From Rhizodiscina lignyota (Eukaryota), in contig ML978121.1 of the NCBI GenBank assembly GCA_010015805.1, positions 1,984,001 to 2,048,000 on the forward strand: a DNA stretch of 64,000 bases, given 5' to 3'. Shown one piece after another: positions 1 to 13,017 of this stretch. Within the stretch, counting starts at the first letter, position 1; each line of letters begins with the position of its first letter. Position numbers and translations under genes: made by a program. The notes beneath the pieces were generated by a model. That model made no database searches and was not told where the DNA came from. It saw only the letters and a list, made by a program, of their open reading frames with translations.

Positions 1-411
1 CGAAAGCTTCAGAAGGAGAATATCCGGTCCATGCACATCAAAGAGAGCAGGGTGAGAGACTTTAATGCGTATGCTGAGTCATATTTCCGACGTACTGTCT
101 ATTTGGACAATTGTAAAAGCTGGTATCGGATCGGAGATCGTATCTTCGCATTATGGCCGGGCAGCACACTCCATGCTATCGAGACGTTTCGCAGTCCTCG
201 CTGGGAAGATTACGAGTACGAATACGATGCGCAGGACGAGAATCCTATCACGGCGAATCGACTTAGCTGGTTGGGTAATGGATGGTCGTCAATTCAACTT
301 GAGGAAGACGGAGACATGAGCTACTACATCGAGCCCGAGTTTGTTGACTTCCCAAGCGCGCCGTTGCCAGAGGACACCCCGAGGTGGAAGAAGGTTGCGT
401 TTACTTATTGA
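1..411 (+). CDS. 3' end of a flavin-containing (Baeyer-Villiger/StcW-like) monooxygenase, 5'-truncated by the window
   Basis: Frame is open from base 1 (RKLQKENIRSMHIKE...). C-terminal motifs CKSWYR..G....LWPGS.LH....PRWEDYEY and WLGNGWS are typical of fungal FMO/BVMOs. Confidence 0.8.
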   Translation, partial: RKLQKENIRSMHIKESRVRDFNAYAESYFRRTVYLDNCKSWYRIGDRIFALWPGSTLHAIETFRSPRWEDYEYEYDAQDENPITANRLSWLGNGWSSIQLEEDGDMSYYIEPEFVDFPSAPLPEDTPRWKKVAFTY

Positions 412-681
412 ACTTTCTGCGTTCCCGCATCTAGTCATTTCGTTGTTCATACGATAGCGGTGATTGTGTATGTGGCGGTCGAGAAGAAATAATGACATTA
501 TACAACTCCGAAGAAGTAACAGACAAAGTACTCTAGGTAATCGAGACGACGCCGTGACTTGTTCGCCCTATAACTTAAGAATGGATATAGTTATATGTGT
601 TGCACCAGAGACCTGCAAGGACGGCCCATACACATATCCGATGCATTTTCAAGTGAAGTCAGAGCTGCAGAAAGACAGTTG

Positions 682-762
682 TAAAGTGAATGTGAAGTGA
701 AGTGAGTGTAGAGTGAAGTGAATATAGAGTGAAGTGAATATGAAGTGAAGTGAATAGAGTGA
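682..762. repeat. Degenerate GTGAA/GAAGT low-complexity tandem repeat
   Basis: AAGTGAATGTGAAGTGAAGTGAGTGTAGAGTGAAGTGAATATAGAGTGAAGTGAATATGAAGTGAAGTGAATAGAGTGA read directly. Confidence 0.85.
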
Positions 763-950
763 CATGGGCATGGCACGTCGACGCGTCCGAAGTCGCGATT
801 CCCGAAGAAAGCCCGCACTACTCTTGCACACTGTTGAGCTTTAACATCATACACAATACACGTTTCTCCCCACAAACAAACAACAGAATTCCTCCGTTCT
901 GCCCAGCAAGATCATCATGGCGTGAGGTGCTCGCAATTGCTCGTCCCAAA

Positions 951-3474
951 ATGTTTGGAGGCAATTTCGTGCCCAATGGCACGCAAAATGATGGCAATGG
1001 TAACTTTGGCTTCACTCAAGAATGGCTTCCCACACAAGTGCTTCCTTACGGATTTCCAGGCTGGGCTCCCTACAACCCGCAAATGAGCAATGACAGTGAA
1101 CAATCTGAGCAGTTTGGCCTCGTTGAGCAAGTACAGGACCACGAGGACGACGGCGAGGCAATCAATGTAGTTTGCTCGGCTCATGTTTCGAAGCGCTTTG
1201 CTAACGAGCTCGATATATTCAGGGCGGATCAAATGGCAATAGTAAAGCCCCTACGATAATACCAGGGCTTTCCACCAGCAGTCCTTCACTTACTTCTACC
1301 TACTCTCAAGCTGTTCCCTCGGTTCCATCCAATACTCTACCAACTTCAAGCACCCCACAACCAGACAACACTGAGAGGGCTGCACGTTTACGTGCGAAGT
1401 TGATGGCTATGAGGCCGAACAGTGCGGAGCCGGGTCCTCGGCGTGGAGAAGAACTTCCTAAGACCACTATGGCAGATGTGGAGAGTCTCATTGCCGAGGA
1501 ACGAGCAGTTGCGGACAAGGTACAACAATCTTCGCCTCCGTCCTCCGCAAATGCGATTACCACAGTACAACATCAGTTGGCACAAGCAGCGACGTCTATG
1601 TCTACAAATGGCACGCACGCCGCCGTGGAGACACCCCGAGAGCAAATCCAATCTACGGAATCCCAACAAAATGCGACGTTGACTTTAACTCCCGAGCAAA
1701 ATCCTTCTCCTTCTGCCAATATAGGCGTGCGACCACACTCCCCGGGCGACAAGGCTTCTGAGGACAAAGCTAGAAATGACCAAGATAACACTGCCCAGCC
1801 AAAATGGTATGACCATGCAAACAATACAGAAGTACACCATACCGAACGCTCAACTACTCCACTGGGAACACAAAATGCACTAGCTATCGTCCGTGGACGT
1901 AAGAATGAGAATGAAGCAGCACCTGACACAATCAATGACCAGTACTCTACTGTTAACAGAGACATACACTTGGAAGAGTCGGAGCTCCCACTCCGCAGCA
2001 GCGCTGCTCGCCACTCCCATCACTTTGATGATCTAGATGAATGGCTTGAAATTACGGGGTATCATGACCGCCAGTACAGAGAACGCTATATACGACGTCA
2101 CCGAGCTTTGGCAGAGTTGGAAGCGCGAAGAGCAGAGATCGAGGCCGAGTTCGATGCAGAAGGAGGTCCACATGCAACAGTTCACACACTCCCTGCGACA
2201 ATTTCCATGCCGCCTCCACCACGTCCAGTGTCAGTAAGCAGGACAACACTGCTGCCTTCGCCAATTTCACTAAGTCATAGTAATTCCAACGCGCAAGACG
2301 CTTCGAATGGCAACAAACGATATCTCTCACAGGACGACTTGTCTTCTCACTTTGAGCCTCCTGACAAGATTCAACGTATAGACACATCTAAGTCGACTGC
2401 AACAAATTTGTCTACCCCAAGCTCCAAGACGGTTGTTTCAAGAGATCTTCCGAGGTGAGTCTGCTTTATATCATGAGAGAGCGAATCTTACGGAGTTTAA
2501 ACGCAGTGATCATGATCTTCACACTCGCCGCTTCGATGATGATATCGATGTCCACCGCCCGCCGATCAACCGTCAGCGAGCACAAGACCGTGCGCGCAGT
2601 GGTAGTCCTATCTCGCATCGTGTGCCTAAGGCTCCCCGAAACTCGCATGGTCCTCTGGTGTCCAGAGAGCGTTCTCGTGGCAGCCATGAACCCGTGCTAG
2701 CTCGCGAAAGGCACGCCCGTGACGACCGCGACAGAGCAGGCGTGAACTCGTATCATCCTAGACCGGAGCGAAGCTTCAGCCGAGGCCGTTCGATTAGTGC
2801 TCGTGGTGGGTGCTCAAATCACGCTTCTCGAGACAACAGACACGGACATCCGCAACAAGGCAAGTACTGCTGGTCTTACTATCCTCATAATTACTATTAA
2901 ATATCATTTCATTTTTACCACATGGCCAGGCTCCTCAAGGAAATGGCGAAATTAACGACGTAGCACCTCGGTGCATGTTCATTTGCAGGCACGAGATACT
3001 TCATGATCAAATCATGGAATCATGACAACGTCGAAATTTCCCAACGGGACGGTATTTGGGCAACCCAGTTGTTGAATCAGGAGGTTTTCACCGAGGCGTT
3101 CAAAAGGTGTCGAAACGTCATTCTCATGTTTTCGGTTAACAAGAGCATGGCATTTCAAGGATATGTATGTTCTATTTTACTTCTATGTTCTTTGGAGCGA
3201 CCGCTGAGATGCAAAGGCCCGTATGGAATCTCTTCCCGGCACGGCACCCGACCCACCTTGGGTAAAAACACTCCTTTGGCCCTGTTCTCCCCCTTTCTAT
3301 ATTCGTTGGATCACGATTGCGGAAACACGTTTCAGCAAGGTCGGCCACTTGAAAAATTTGTGTAACGAAGGCGCTCCCGTCCTCATCGGCAGAGACGGAC
3401 AAGAAATTGACGAAACCTCCGGAGCTGCTTTGTGCGAACTTATCGACGACAGCAGAAGGTATCGAGGTGCCTAA
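951..3474 (+). CDS. YTH-domain (YTHDC1-like) RNA-binding protein with long low-complexity/RS-rich N-terminus
   Basis: Introns 1167-1222, 2455-2506, 2860-2988 (GC-AG) and 3165-3216 join the ORFs in frame. YTH motifs TRYFMIKS, GIWATQ, LMFSVNKSMAFQGYARM and GRDGQEI are present. Confidence 0.88.
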
Positions 3475-3828
3475 TACTCTCAACAGGCATGGAACCGGCC
3501 TTTCAGAAACACTTTCCCTGGTCCAAGTTTCATTCTGCGGTTTCATTTGTGTATTGCGAAGTCTTTGCAGGGATCATGGCAGCTTTACATTCGGCTGTAA
3601 AAGTTTTAATAATTCAAGAGTCATGGATATCACCTTTAGGATGCAGAAATCGACGAGCGGGATTTCTGGTTTGCTTCCAGATCACTTTCATTTGTTCCAA
3701 AACAGAAAAGTAAAAGTAGTTCATTTGAGCAATAACATGCCAAGCTTTTGATCCACTGTTGCCTGTTCCAGCTTGTGGGCTTTGAATGAGTGTTTGATTC
3801 GCCCTCGAAGAACATGAATTCCAGACTT

Positions 3829-6800
3829 TCAGTCAAAGACGTCGCTGGTCCAGCGTTCCTGAACCTTGAGGTTCTTGAACCACTCCTCAATTTCTTCCTC
3901 GGACTTGTTCTCGCCCTTCTCCTTTAGCTTCTCAGCATAGAGCCGCTTGCTCACTTCCTTCACACCAGTTCCGAGCCTGCTGGACCCGCAGATGAAGACC
4001 TTGGCATTATTGCTAAAGACCTCAAACACGTTATCTTTCTCCGAGTACACTCTGTCCTGCGCGTACTTGCTGCCCTTGCTATCCTCGGGCTTGCGTGAGA
4101 AAGCGTAGAATACTTCGACCGCACCGAGCTTCTCCCATTCAGCGAGCTGATCCGCGTACAGCAAGTCGTGCTCCGGATCTCTACAACCGATGAAGAGCAG
4201 TGCGCGACCAAGCTTCTGGCCCCCCTTAATCTTCTCCGCTCGCTCTTCCACAAACGCGTGGAATGGGGCGATCCCAGTACCAGCACACACCATGACGATG
4301 GGGCGCTGGGGGTCGGAGGGCAGATGGAAGCTGTAATGGCTCTTCTTGATAGCGATCTGGGCCTTCTGGCCAGGTTCCAAGCGCTTCAGGTAATTCGTCG
4401 TGACGCCGAGGAAGTGCTTGTCCTTCGCGCCAGCCATTGGCACGTCAAGGACTTGGTACGTGATGCTTGCCAGACTAGGATCTACGAGCGGGGACGATGA
4501 GATGGAGTACTGGCGGATACGCATGTACGGTAAAAGTGACAGGAATAAGCCAAATGGGCACTGGATGAGCGGGTGCATCTCGAGAATGTCGAGCACGGAG
4601 AGCTTGCTATCGGCAGAGTTGGTGGCAAGTCCCTCGAGGGCTTTCTTAGTTGCATCGTCTTCAGTGAGATGCGTCATGGCCAGCATATTCTTTTTCGAGG
4701 CCGGAGAGCCCAATTCTACATAGGAGCTCAGAACGAGGGCTACTGGGGAGGTTTGGCCCACGGGTAAAGCGGTGTGGGAGCCTTCCTTAATGGTAATTTC
4801 AGTGTCCTGCACTTCGTGTCAGCTTTCCATACTTAATGTTCTTCAAGCCCCTCTACTCTGGTGGACATTCACTTACCCAGGCAAATCCAAATCTCTTTAG
4901 GACACGTTTTACTACCTGCGGAGTATTCAAAGGCAGAACGTTCAGATAGTCACCTGCCGTGTAGCTTGTTCCAGTGGGAAGTCGGAACGTAGCCGAACGA
5001 GCGTCACGTCCACCAGTTTTAGACAGTTCGGCGGTGCTCTCAACGACCGCCTCCGAGACGCTGTGCTTCAGGGCAGAGATTCTAGTTGGCGGGCTAATCT
5101 CCACGTTCAGGCCATTCAACTCGTCAGAGACAGACGTATCTTGAGAGCCGAGGCTAGGCCACAATTTCTCATCGATCCAGGCATCGAAGTCGTCGAACAC
5201 ACCACCAAGGGCCACATCACTCTCCCCACGTTCTGTCAGCCTTGTAGCGCTTTTGTCTTGTAGGGTCTTGTCGATGTACTTGGGGATTTTGTGAAATGTT
5301 GATACCCAATCGTGATGGCCGCATCCGAAGACAGCATACTTGACACCCTTGAATGAATCCGCATGACCGATCCACTCAACAAACTGAGCTGCGTTGTCGG
5401 CAGGCTCACCTTCGAAGCTTGCTGTGAGGATGATTACTGGCCGATCAGTAGGCAACTTGTCGACAGCAGAATCCAATGTAGCAACAGAAGGGGCGAATCC
5501 ACGTGCACCAGCCCTGCTAGCCAAAGTTTGAGCAAGGCCCTCGCACGTGCCAGTATTACTTCCGAAGAGGATAGTAATCGGCGTGCCAGACTTCTGTGTG
5601 GATGTTGCCTCAACTTTGTGGTCAGTCGCGCGTTCTGAGAAGGCACCTCCGTACAATCGTCTTTCAAGCTGGCTTCCAGTATGATCACCTCTGGGCGTGG
5701 CATACATGTAGAGGTCAGCAGGCTTGACCGTGAGTGTCTGCTTGATGTGCAGCTGGTAACCTGGATCGGCCAATCGCAACTCGAAATTTTGCAGGATCAT
5801 TGCGAGTGCAAGCACACCTTCCTGCCAAGCAAAGGGCCTTCCAATGCAGCCTCGTGGACCGGTGCCGAAGGGCTAGATACCTGTCAGCAAATGTTCAAAT
5901 GCACAGAAAACGTGCCGCATTCTACAGGCATCGCAGAAAGGAAATAGAGCTTACCTTCCACGATGAACCCGGCAACTTTTGGAAGTTTTCGTCGAGCATG
6001 CGCTCAGGCTTAAACTCATCTGCATCCTCGCCAAACACTGCCGGATCACGTTGGATCTTTTGCAGCAGACAAAAGACTTTGGAGCCATCGGGAATGAGAT
6101 ATTTGCCTCCACAGAGCGTCTCGTCGTGACCTTGCGAGGGTTCTCGAGAAAATCCAGGTGCTGTGGGCTCAAGACGGAGCGTCTCTCGGAGGCAGGCCTC
6201 AATGAACGGGAGCTTTTTCGTGTGCTCATATTTGACAGGTCCCGTACCGACAACGCTATCAACTTCTTGTTGAGCCCTGCGGTACGCTGACGGGTTCTTC
6301 AGTAAGTAGTATGTAGTGAAAGAGAGCATTCCGGCGGTCGTTTCATGTCCGGCGATTAAAAAGGTGATCATGTTGTTCATGATGTTCTCATCGGACAATT
6401 GCTCTCCAGTCTTGGGATCTTTGCCAATGACCATGGCGTTAAGCAGGTCCTTCTTGTCCGATGGGTTCTTCCGGCGACGGTCGAGCACTTCCTGCGCCAC
6501 TGAATGCATGAGGTTGATATCATCATTGTACTTTTTGTTAGCCTCCCGATAGAACATTTGTGCCACAGCTGGACGATTCTGCCTATTTCCGGACTCCACC
6601 AGGAAGTCAACCATGGCCTTCACAAACGGGTGCTGTTCCGTACGAGCTGAAGTAGACATTGCACGTTAGCTTAGTTTGAGGTCCTGAATTACACAGCTGC
6701 AGAACTCACCGAACGAATTGAATCGAGTGTCCAGTGCGCATATCGCAATTGAATCCAACGTGAGCCTGGTGAAATCGTCTGTGACGCTGATAGGCGTCCC

Positions 6801-7256
6801 TGGCCCATTCCTGGCCCACTTGAGGATGAGCTGCGCCTGTGTTTAGCAGCTGCTCTTCAATGGAATCATAGGTTTACATACCTGGCTAGCAATGTCGTAC
6901 ATTTCATCGAACATGTTTTGAATCGGAAGAGGCCCAAACGCGGGCAGCAGAGTTCGATGAGCAATCTCCCAGTCGTGCTCCCCGTGGAATGCCGTGAAGA
7001 GACCGGATCCTGCGCCATTCCTGACCTGCTTCAGAGCCGGTGCAATGCCTTTTCGAAAACGTTTGTCGTCGGTGAGCTCGCTGAACGGCTCAAAGCCCGC
7101 GACGAAGTATCTCCACTGTCCGCCGACACTGAGTTTGAAAATGGGGCCGTATTTGTCGGCGAGATGGCTGAACGAGTTGATTGTATTGTTCGGGTCAATA
7201 TCGAAGACGTTGCCAACAAATGGAAGGCCAGGCGGCCCAGGAATTTCTTCCGACAT
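3829..7256 (-). CDS. Self-sufficient cytochrome P450/NADPH-P450 reductase fusion (CYP505 family)
   Basis: [13 protein letters not shown] start; I-helix AGHETT, ETLR, heme motif [11 protein letters not shown]; flavodoxin FGSNTGT; FAD/NADPH domain RQYSISSS and GTGIAPF. Several introns. Confidence 0.95.
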
Positions 7257-8916
7257 CGTTGCTGCTGCTACGGAGATTGAGTGAGTTGCTTGAATTGAGA
7301 AGCAATTGAGGCTACAGAAGCTGGAATCGAGCAGAGCCTCCGACTGATGACTGAGAGGAAAGTACAAAGGGCAAGTAGCGATTATATACTTAGCCTTGCA
7401 GGAGCATGCAAGCTGGTCGGGAGTCGGGCTCGGACAGATTTCAAAAAGGTCGCGGAGGCCAGCCTGATATCTTGCTACTGATGCTAGCAGGAGCTGTACT
7501 ATGGAAGGAGCAACGGCCTGCGCGACTGCATTGTCGGCTAGGACGGTAGTTGTGGGTAGCACAGAAAGAGCATCCGGATGCGCGAGACAGGCAACTTCCA
7601 TGGCTTGACGCGAGCAGCTGCGGCCGAGTGAAGCTGTGCACCGCGGTCGAAATGGACTACAAACTCAACGTGTCGAAATGGAGCAATGAACGCCCTCGCA
7701 TGGACCGCGGCAAAAGTCGTGTGGCTGAAGGCTTTAAGAAAAGGGTGCAGATAACTAACGTCATCCCTCCGCACATCCCGTTAGGGCTCAGCTTGCGTGT
7801 TTGCCATTCGGTGTTCCCGATCATTTTTACGATCTTCCGCCGAGGGTCCGCATAGAACGCTACACCTGCAAATGGTACAGTTTCTTGTATCAAGCTTGGT
7901 ATGCCCATTGACATGAAGCTGGAATCTCCCTTTCCTTGTCTCGCTTCTGAGAGTTGCTCGAGTCTGCAAGCGCCCTGCTTACAAAAGGCTGAGTCACCGC
8001 GTGGGCAATCCTATTTGCGCCAGGCCAACACAGAATATGTTTGGGACACTTGCCAAAGTCGCCTTGGTGGACGGGAGATTTGACAACGTGAATTCCAATT
8101 CCTATCATTGGACTATTTGGACTGCGGCCGCCTCTGCCCCGGACGTGCATATTGACGCACATGCTTGCTCGCAGCTTAAAGTTGACCTCACGTATGTTCA
8201 CATGCTCTCAATAACCACGAGAAGACCACAGACTTTCAGCTACAGAAATAGCTGAGCATCTCCTATGAAGCTGGACTGTATCGCTACCGCTGTTGGGCTT
8301 CCACCACTCTTCTTTTCCGAGTAGGCTGCCTCTTTAGTGACTTGTACTGAAGATGGTTCGAACTTCGTCTCTCCACAATTTTTCTCGGTCAGCCACATGC
8401 CGACCCTGGCCCTGCCGGATGTATCCATTCAATGCTGCGTCTCCGAGGCTGAAATTGGGTAGCGGAGAAAATTCACCCCGCTATGACGGCTAGATTAATG
8501 ATATTGTTGCGCTCGTACTGCCTCGAAGCTCGATTACTGAAAACCAAATGTTAGCGCGAACTCGCTTAGAGGAAATCAGAGCGGACACAGGAGAAATACA
8601 TCTCGATATTATGAAATTGAAGCTATGCATTCTCGAGATTGAAGAAGACTTTTGGCAATTACAGTAGGCGAATTGGTGAATCGAAATCACCATTAGTAAG
8701 CTGTTAGAGACATATGCAAGACTGAGAGACTAGCTCGTAGCTGAAGGCGGAAGAAGGAAGGCACAGCACAGTAATGCTGCTTGAAGTCCTAAAGCTGAAA
8801 GAGATGCATTGAGAGGATCTTACCATTGAAAGGGCAAAAAGGAAGCGCTGTAAGGTTTCACATTGATGATTTCTCGAATGAGGCTCGATGACTTAAGCCT
8901 GCAGATAATGCCCACC

Positions 8917-9627
8917 CTATTGCCATTTTGCCAAATTGCTTGGAACCAAACGTTGAAGGACATTGAGTTGCTTCTCGTGTCCCTTTGATTTGATGTCGAG
9001 AATGACCGGCGTGCTCTGTAGAGATTTGTTCAGTCTGCGCTGGTTGTTACCATAGATGACCGTGTAGTCAGGGACAGTTTCCCCTGGCGGCACCACCGAA
9101 CATGCACTTATTGTGCAATTCTGCAACAAAGTCAGACTCGTTGTTCTGAAACTTCATATAACTTAGGATATTGTTACCTTTCCGATTACTGATCCTGCTC
9201 CTAGCTTCACGTCAACATCGATGAGAGTATTTTCACCAATCTCAGCAGCCTCAACGATTGTGCCAGATTCGATGTTAACATTTTGACCAATTTTGATTAT
9301 CTCCGGCAGCTCGAGATCTCCTTCTGGGTCGTCCTGAGATAGATCTGACAGTCCAATGACGGCTTTCTCGGAAACTATACAGCCTGGGCCGATATCAACC
9401 GCAGAATAGGTAGATATTATCCTAGCGTGGGGGTGGATTACAGTCCCAGCGGCCACGCTGATTGTATGAATACCGGTTAACACCGCATGGTTCGCAATGA
9501 TGGCATTGGGATCCAACGAAGTAGGCGCTTTCGGTACGTTGGTGGAGGATCTTTTGGCGGTACTCGCACGATTGGACGAAGTGCCGGAGGTTGAAACGCG
9601 CTTTGCTTGAGAAGCTTGTTGGTCCAT
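8917..9627 (-). CDS. Dynactin subunit 6 (p27)-like left-handed beta-helix protein
   Basis: Hexapeptide LbH repeats (GTVIHPHARI, IGPGCIVSEKAVIG, IGENTLID) and C-terminal VPDYTVIYG. Intron 9121-9177. Confidence 0.78.
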
Positions 9628-10354
9628 AATAAGCTTACTCTGTGGCGCGAACGGCTGGCAGTATGTACAGTATCGAATGTTCGACGGTCAATGCAAGGCA
9701 CAAACTGGCGTCACACTGCCCCGGTCACGGAGTACGGAGGTACGTTGCATGTTTAAAGTTGCCAAGGCGAGGTTAACGGCAGTCGCTAGTCTACTTCGGG
9801 GTTAGAATAGGATCCCAAATGTACCTTCGTAAGCTGGGTCTTTGCGACTACGCCCTGTCTGGCAGGTCAGCTTTCCACAAAGTGGCATTGCAATGCAAAT
9901 GGCCTTTATCCATTGGATTTGAAACTGGCACTTTGCAAGCTTCGGCGCTATTCCGCTCATGATCTACTGTGGCCTTCTCTTTTGGAGTATGAGGCCAGCA
10001 ATCGATGACATTACCAGGCTTACTCCCCGTCCCTCAATATGCACTCCGCCCCTGATTCCTCATATCTATTGCTTGGGCAATGAAAGTGAAGTTCGGCCCT
10101 GTATCTCTACTAAATATATTGTATACCATGTATTGCGGCTCACCCTCGACCGCGGTACATCGATATGCAAGCTCCCGGAGCGGCAATGCAATATCATGGG
10201 CGCTTTGTGCTCCGGTTCCCCTCCCTGATGAGACAAAGGAAGCGTGCTCTGGCGCATTCCTTAAGAACGGCTTAGCTGCATGTTTCCTTACCTCTAGCTC
10301 GTTCGTCTCTGCTTGCAAGCTTTCGTCACGTGTGAGCTAGGCATTCTTTGCAAG

Positions 10355-12457
10355 ATGAAACACGCTGTTTCTATGGTCTTCACTTTCCTGTCCCTCCTTC
10401 TCCTTCATCACGTGTTTGCATCTCCTCAGAAACGAGTTCAGAAATACAATCACATCAAGAATCAGCGGACATATAGAAGTATTGATGCACCGGAAAGCTT
10501 CCCAAGCCACTTCCAGACCAGAGCTACACCACAATACTTGACCAACAAGACCCAGCGTTTTGCTGTGGATGGCGCTAATCTTCCGAATGTTTCTTTTGAC
10601 ATTGGGGAATCCTACGCTGGCCTTCTCCCCGTTGACAATACTGGGAAGGAGCTATTCTTCTGGTTTGTGCCTACGACCAATACCGCGGCAAACGACGAAA
10701 TTGTTATTTGGCTGAATGGAGGGCCTGGTTGCTCCTCTTTGGATGGCTTCTTCAAGGAGAATGGACCTGTGACTTGGCTTTCGGGAACATTTCAGCCCGT
10801 ACCCAACCAGTATGCCTGGAGTAAGATAATCACCGCTGCTCCTTCGCTTTGCTTGAAATGCTAACAGCGAACAGCAAACCTCAGCAATATGGTAGGTGAT
10901 CTATACTCAACCACACTCTCATACCTGTCAAAGGTACTGACCATTTATAGGTATGGATTGACCAGCCTGTTGGAACGGGTTACGACCAAGGGATGCCGAA
11001 CGCAACTGGAGAAATTGATGTAGGCAAACAGTTCCTGCCATTCTGGCGGAACTTCATGGATACGTTTGACCTCCATGGACGCAAGGTCTACATCACTGGA
11101 GAATCTTACGCAGGCGTATGCCTTAGATCCTCCTTACATGACTCGAATGATTACTGATACTCCCAAGGCGTATGTGCCATATATTGCGGACGCTATGATT
11201 CAGCAGAACAACACTCAATATTTCGATGTAAATGGCATTATGATATTCGACGCAACCGTTGGGTAAGTCACTATGACGATGTGTTCCCGGTGTCCTTCTA
11301 ACCTGTAGCAGAGACAGTGTTATTGCCAACGAGGTACCGACTTTAGCTTTTATAGAGTACAATTACCACGTGTAACAATGACCTGGCACCGCTTTCCATA
11401 ATGCCGAGGTGCTGACCGCTTCAGGCTGCCATTGAACGAGACCTTCATGGCTTACCTACGTAACACCAGCGCCGCGTGTGGATACGATGACTACATGAAG
11501 GTTGGAATGACTTTTCCACCTGAAGGTCCTCTCCCAGGAGATCCGGGTCTCAATGCAAATCAAACGGAATTTCTCCCAGGCTGTGAAATCTTCAATACGG
11601 TACGTATCTTCTCCCTTAGTTTCGGCTCGATCCAAAACACAAATATCTGATTTTCGCAGGTGATCGAAGCCATCTTTCTCATCAATCCGTGTTTCAACAT
11701 CTATCAAGTCAGTCAGCTGTGCCCACTGCTGTGGGATGTCCTGGGCTTCCCGTACTCGAATATGTATCTGCCTCCGGGATATCCAAATCCGTATTTTAAC
11801 ATGTCCGCCGTGAAAACGGCTCTACATGTGCCGCAGAACACCAGTTGGGATCTCTGCTCTGCTATTAGTGTATTTCCCCATGATGACGACTCACCTCCAT
11901 CGGGAGCACCGGATGGCCCGATCAAACGTGTTGCTGAGAAGACAAATAACGTGGTCATCGGGCATGGTCTGCTCGATATGGTTTTGATGGCGAACGGCAC
12001 TCTACTGACATTGCAAAACCTTACTTGGAATGGGAAGCAAGGCTTCAGCTCTCCACCTGCCACACCATTCTATGTACCATATCATTTGGAAGGGGCGCAG
12101 GAATCATGGGCTGGCGCTGGCGAATATGGTCGCTTCGTTACTGAGCGAGGCCTCACTTTCTTGGAAGTGACATTATCCGGGCACATGATTCCACAGTACG
12201 TACCAAGTGAAGATCCAGTTACCGCATCACATCATGCTCATAAACCTTTTAGATTCCAACCCTCCGCAGCGTATCGCGCGTTTGAGTTCCTCCTCGGCCG
12301 TGTCAAGAGCCTGGATGAGATCTCTCCATTCTCCACGCAGCCAGACGTTAAGCAGCCGAATGTTACTCTTGAGTCGCTGGGCCCTCCAATTGACGTGCCA
12401 GCAAAGCAGCAGAATCGAGACTCTAGAAATAACTCATACATTATACGGAGTACATAG
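10355..12457 (+). CDS. Secreted serine carboxypeptidase (peptidase S10)
   Basis: Signal peptide; [23 protein letters not shown] nucleophile, GLLDM, GHMIPQ. Multiple introns including a roughly 17-nt microexon near 10875-10891. Confidence 0.93.
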
Positions 12458-13017
12458 TGGTAACAGGTATGAGCAGGGGTGTATGCTTCGAAACCGCTGC
12501 TGCAAGCCACTCCCGTTGCTAATTTCCTTTTTCCCATGGCATCCATGCACGCATCTCGACCTGGCGACAAATCGTTTCCGAACCGAACTGTCGTTGGTTA
12601 AATATTGTTCCCACGTGGTGGCATTTCTTTCTGGGGGCTTGTAACGACTATCTTCAATTTTCTCTTGTTAACAATCTTGCCGAGGAAGGCATATACTGTA
12701 ATATGAAGAGAAAAGTTACACGGCGCCTACAGAGACGAATCTAAGGCAGCGCTATGTAGACATTAAGATTAAATACGAAATCGGAAGGAACGCGAGGTGC
12801 AAATGACGCCCTCCACGCTTGCACTTGCACCGCCCAACTTCATCAAAATGAAAATTACATCTCTCACCTTTCTATTCGTACGTTTCTACTGTCTTTCGCT
12901 CATTCACTTTGACTGATGCTGCTGGCTGGGCCGGATCAATAGTCGATCCTTCTATGCCCTTCAGTTCTCAGCTACACTCTTTTTCACGTCGCTCTTTCTC
13001 TTCATTCAGTCACCAAA

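Noticed and set aside
682..762. Repeat array as CRISPR or telomeric repeat
   Set aside because: No unique spacers, eukaryotic context, and not TTAGGG.
1..7256. FMO plus CYP505 as a secondary-metabolite cluster
   Set aside because: No PKS, NRPS or terpene backbone gene in the window, and the genes are interleaved with housekeeping genes. Sequence left of the window is unseen.
7840..8448. CCGAGG (FarA-type) hexamers upstream of CYP505 at 7840 and 8443
   Set aside because: Biologically plausible, but two hexamers in about 1.6 kb is close to chance expectation.
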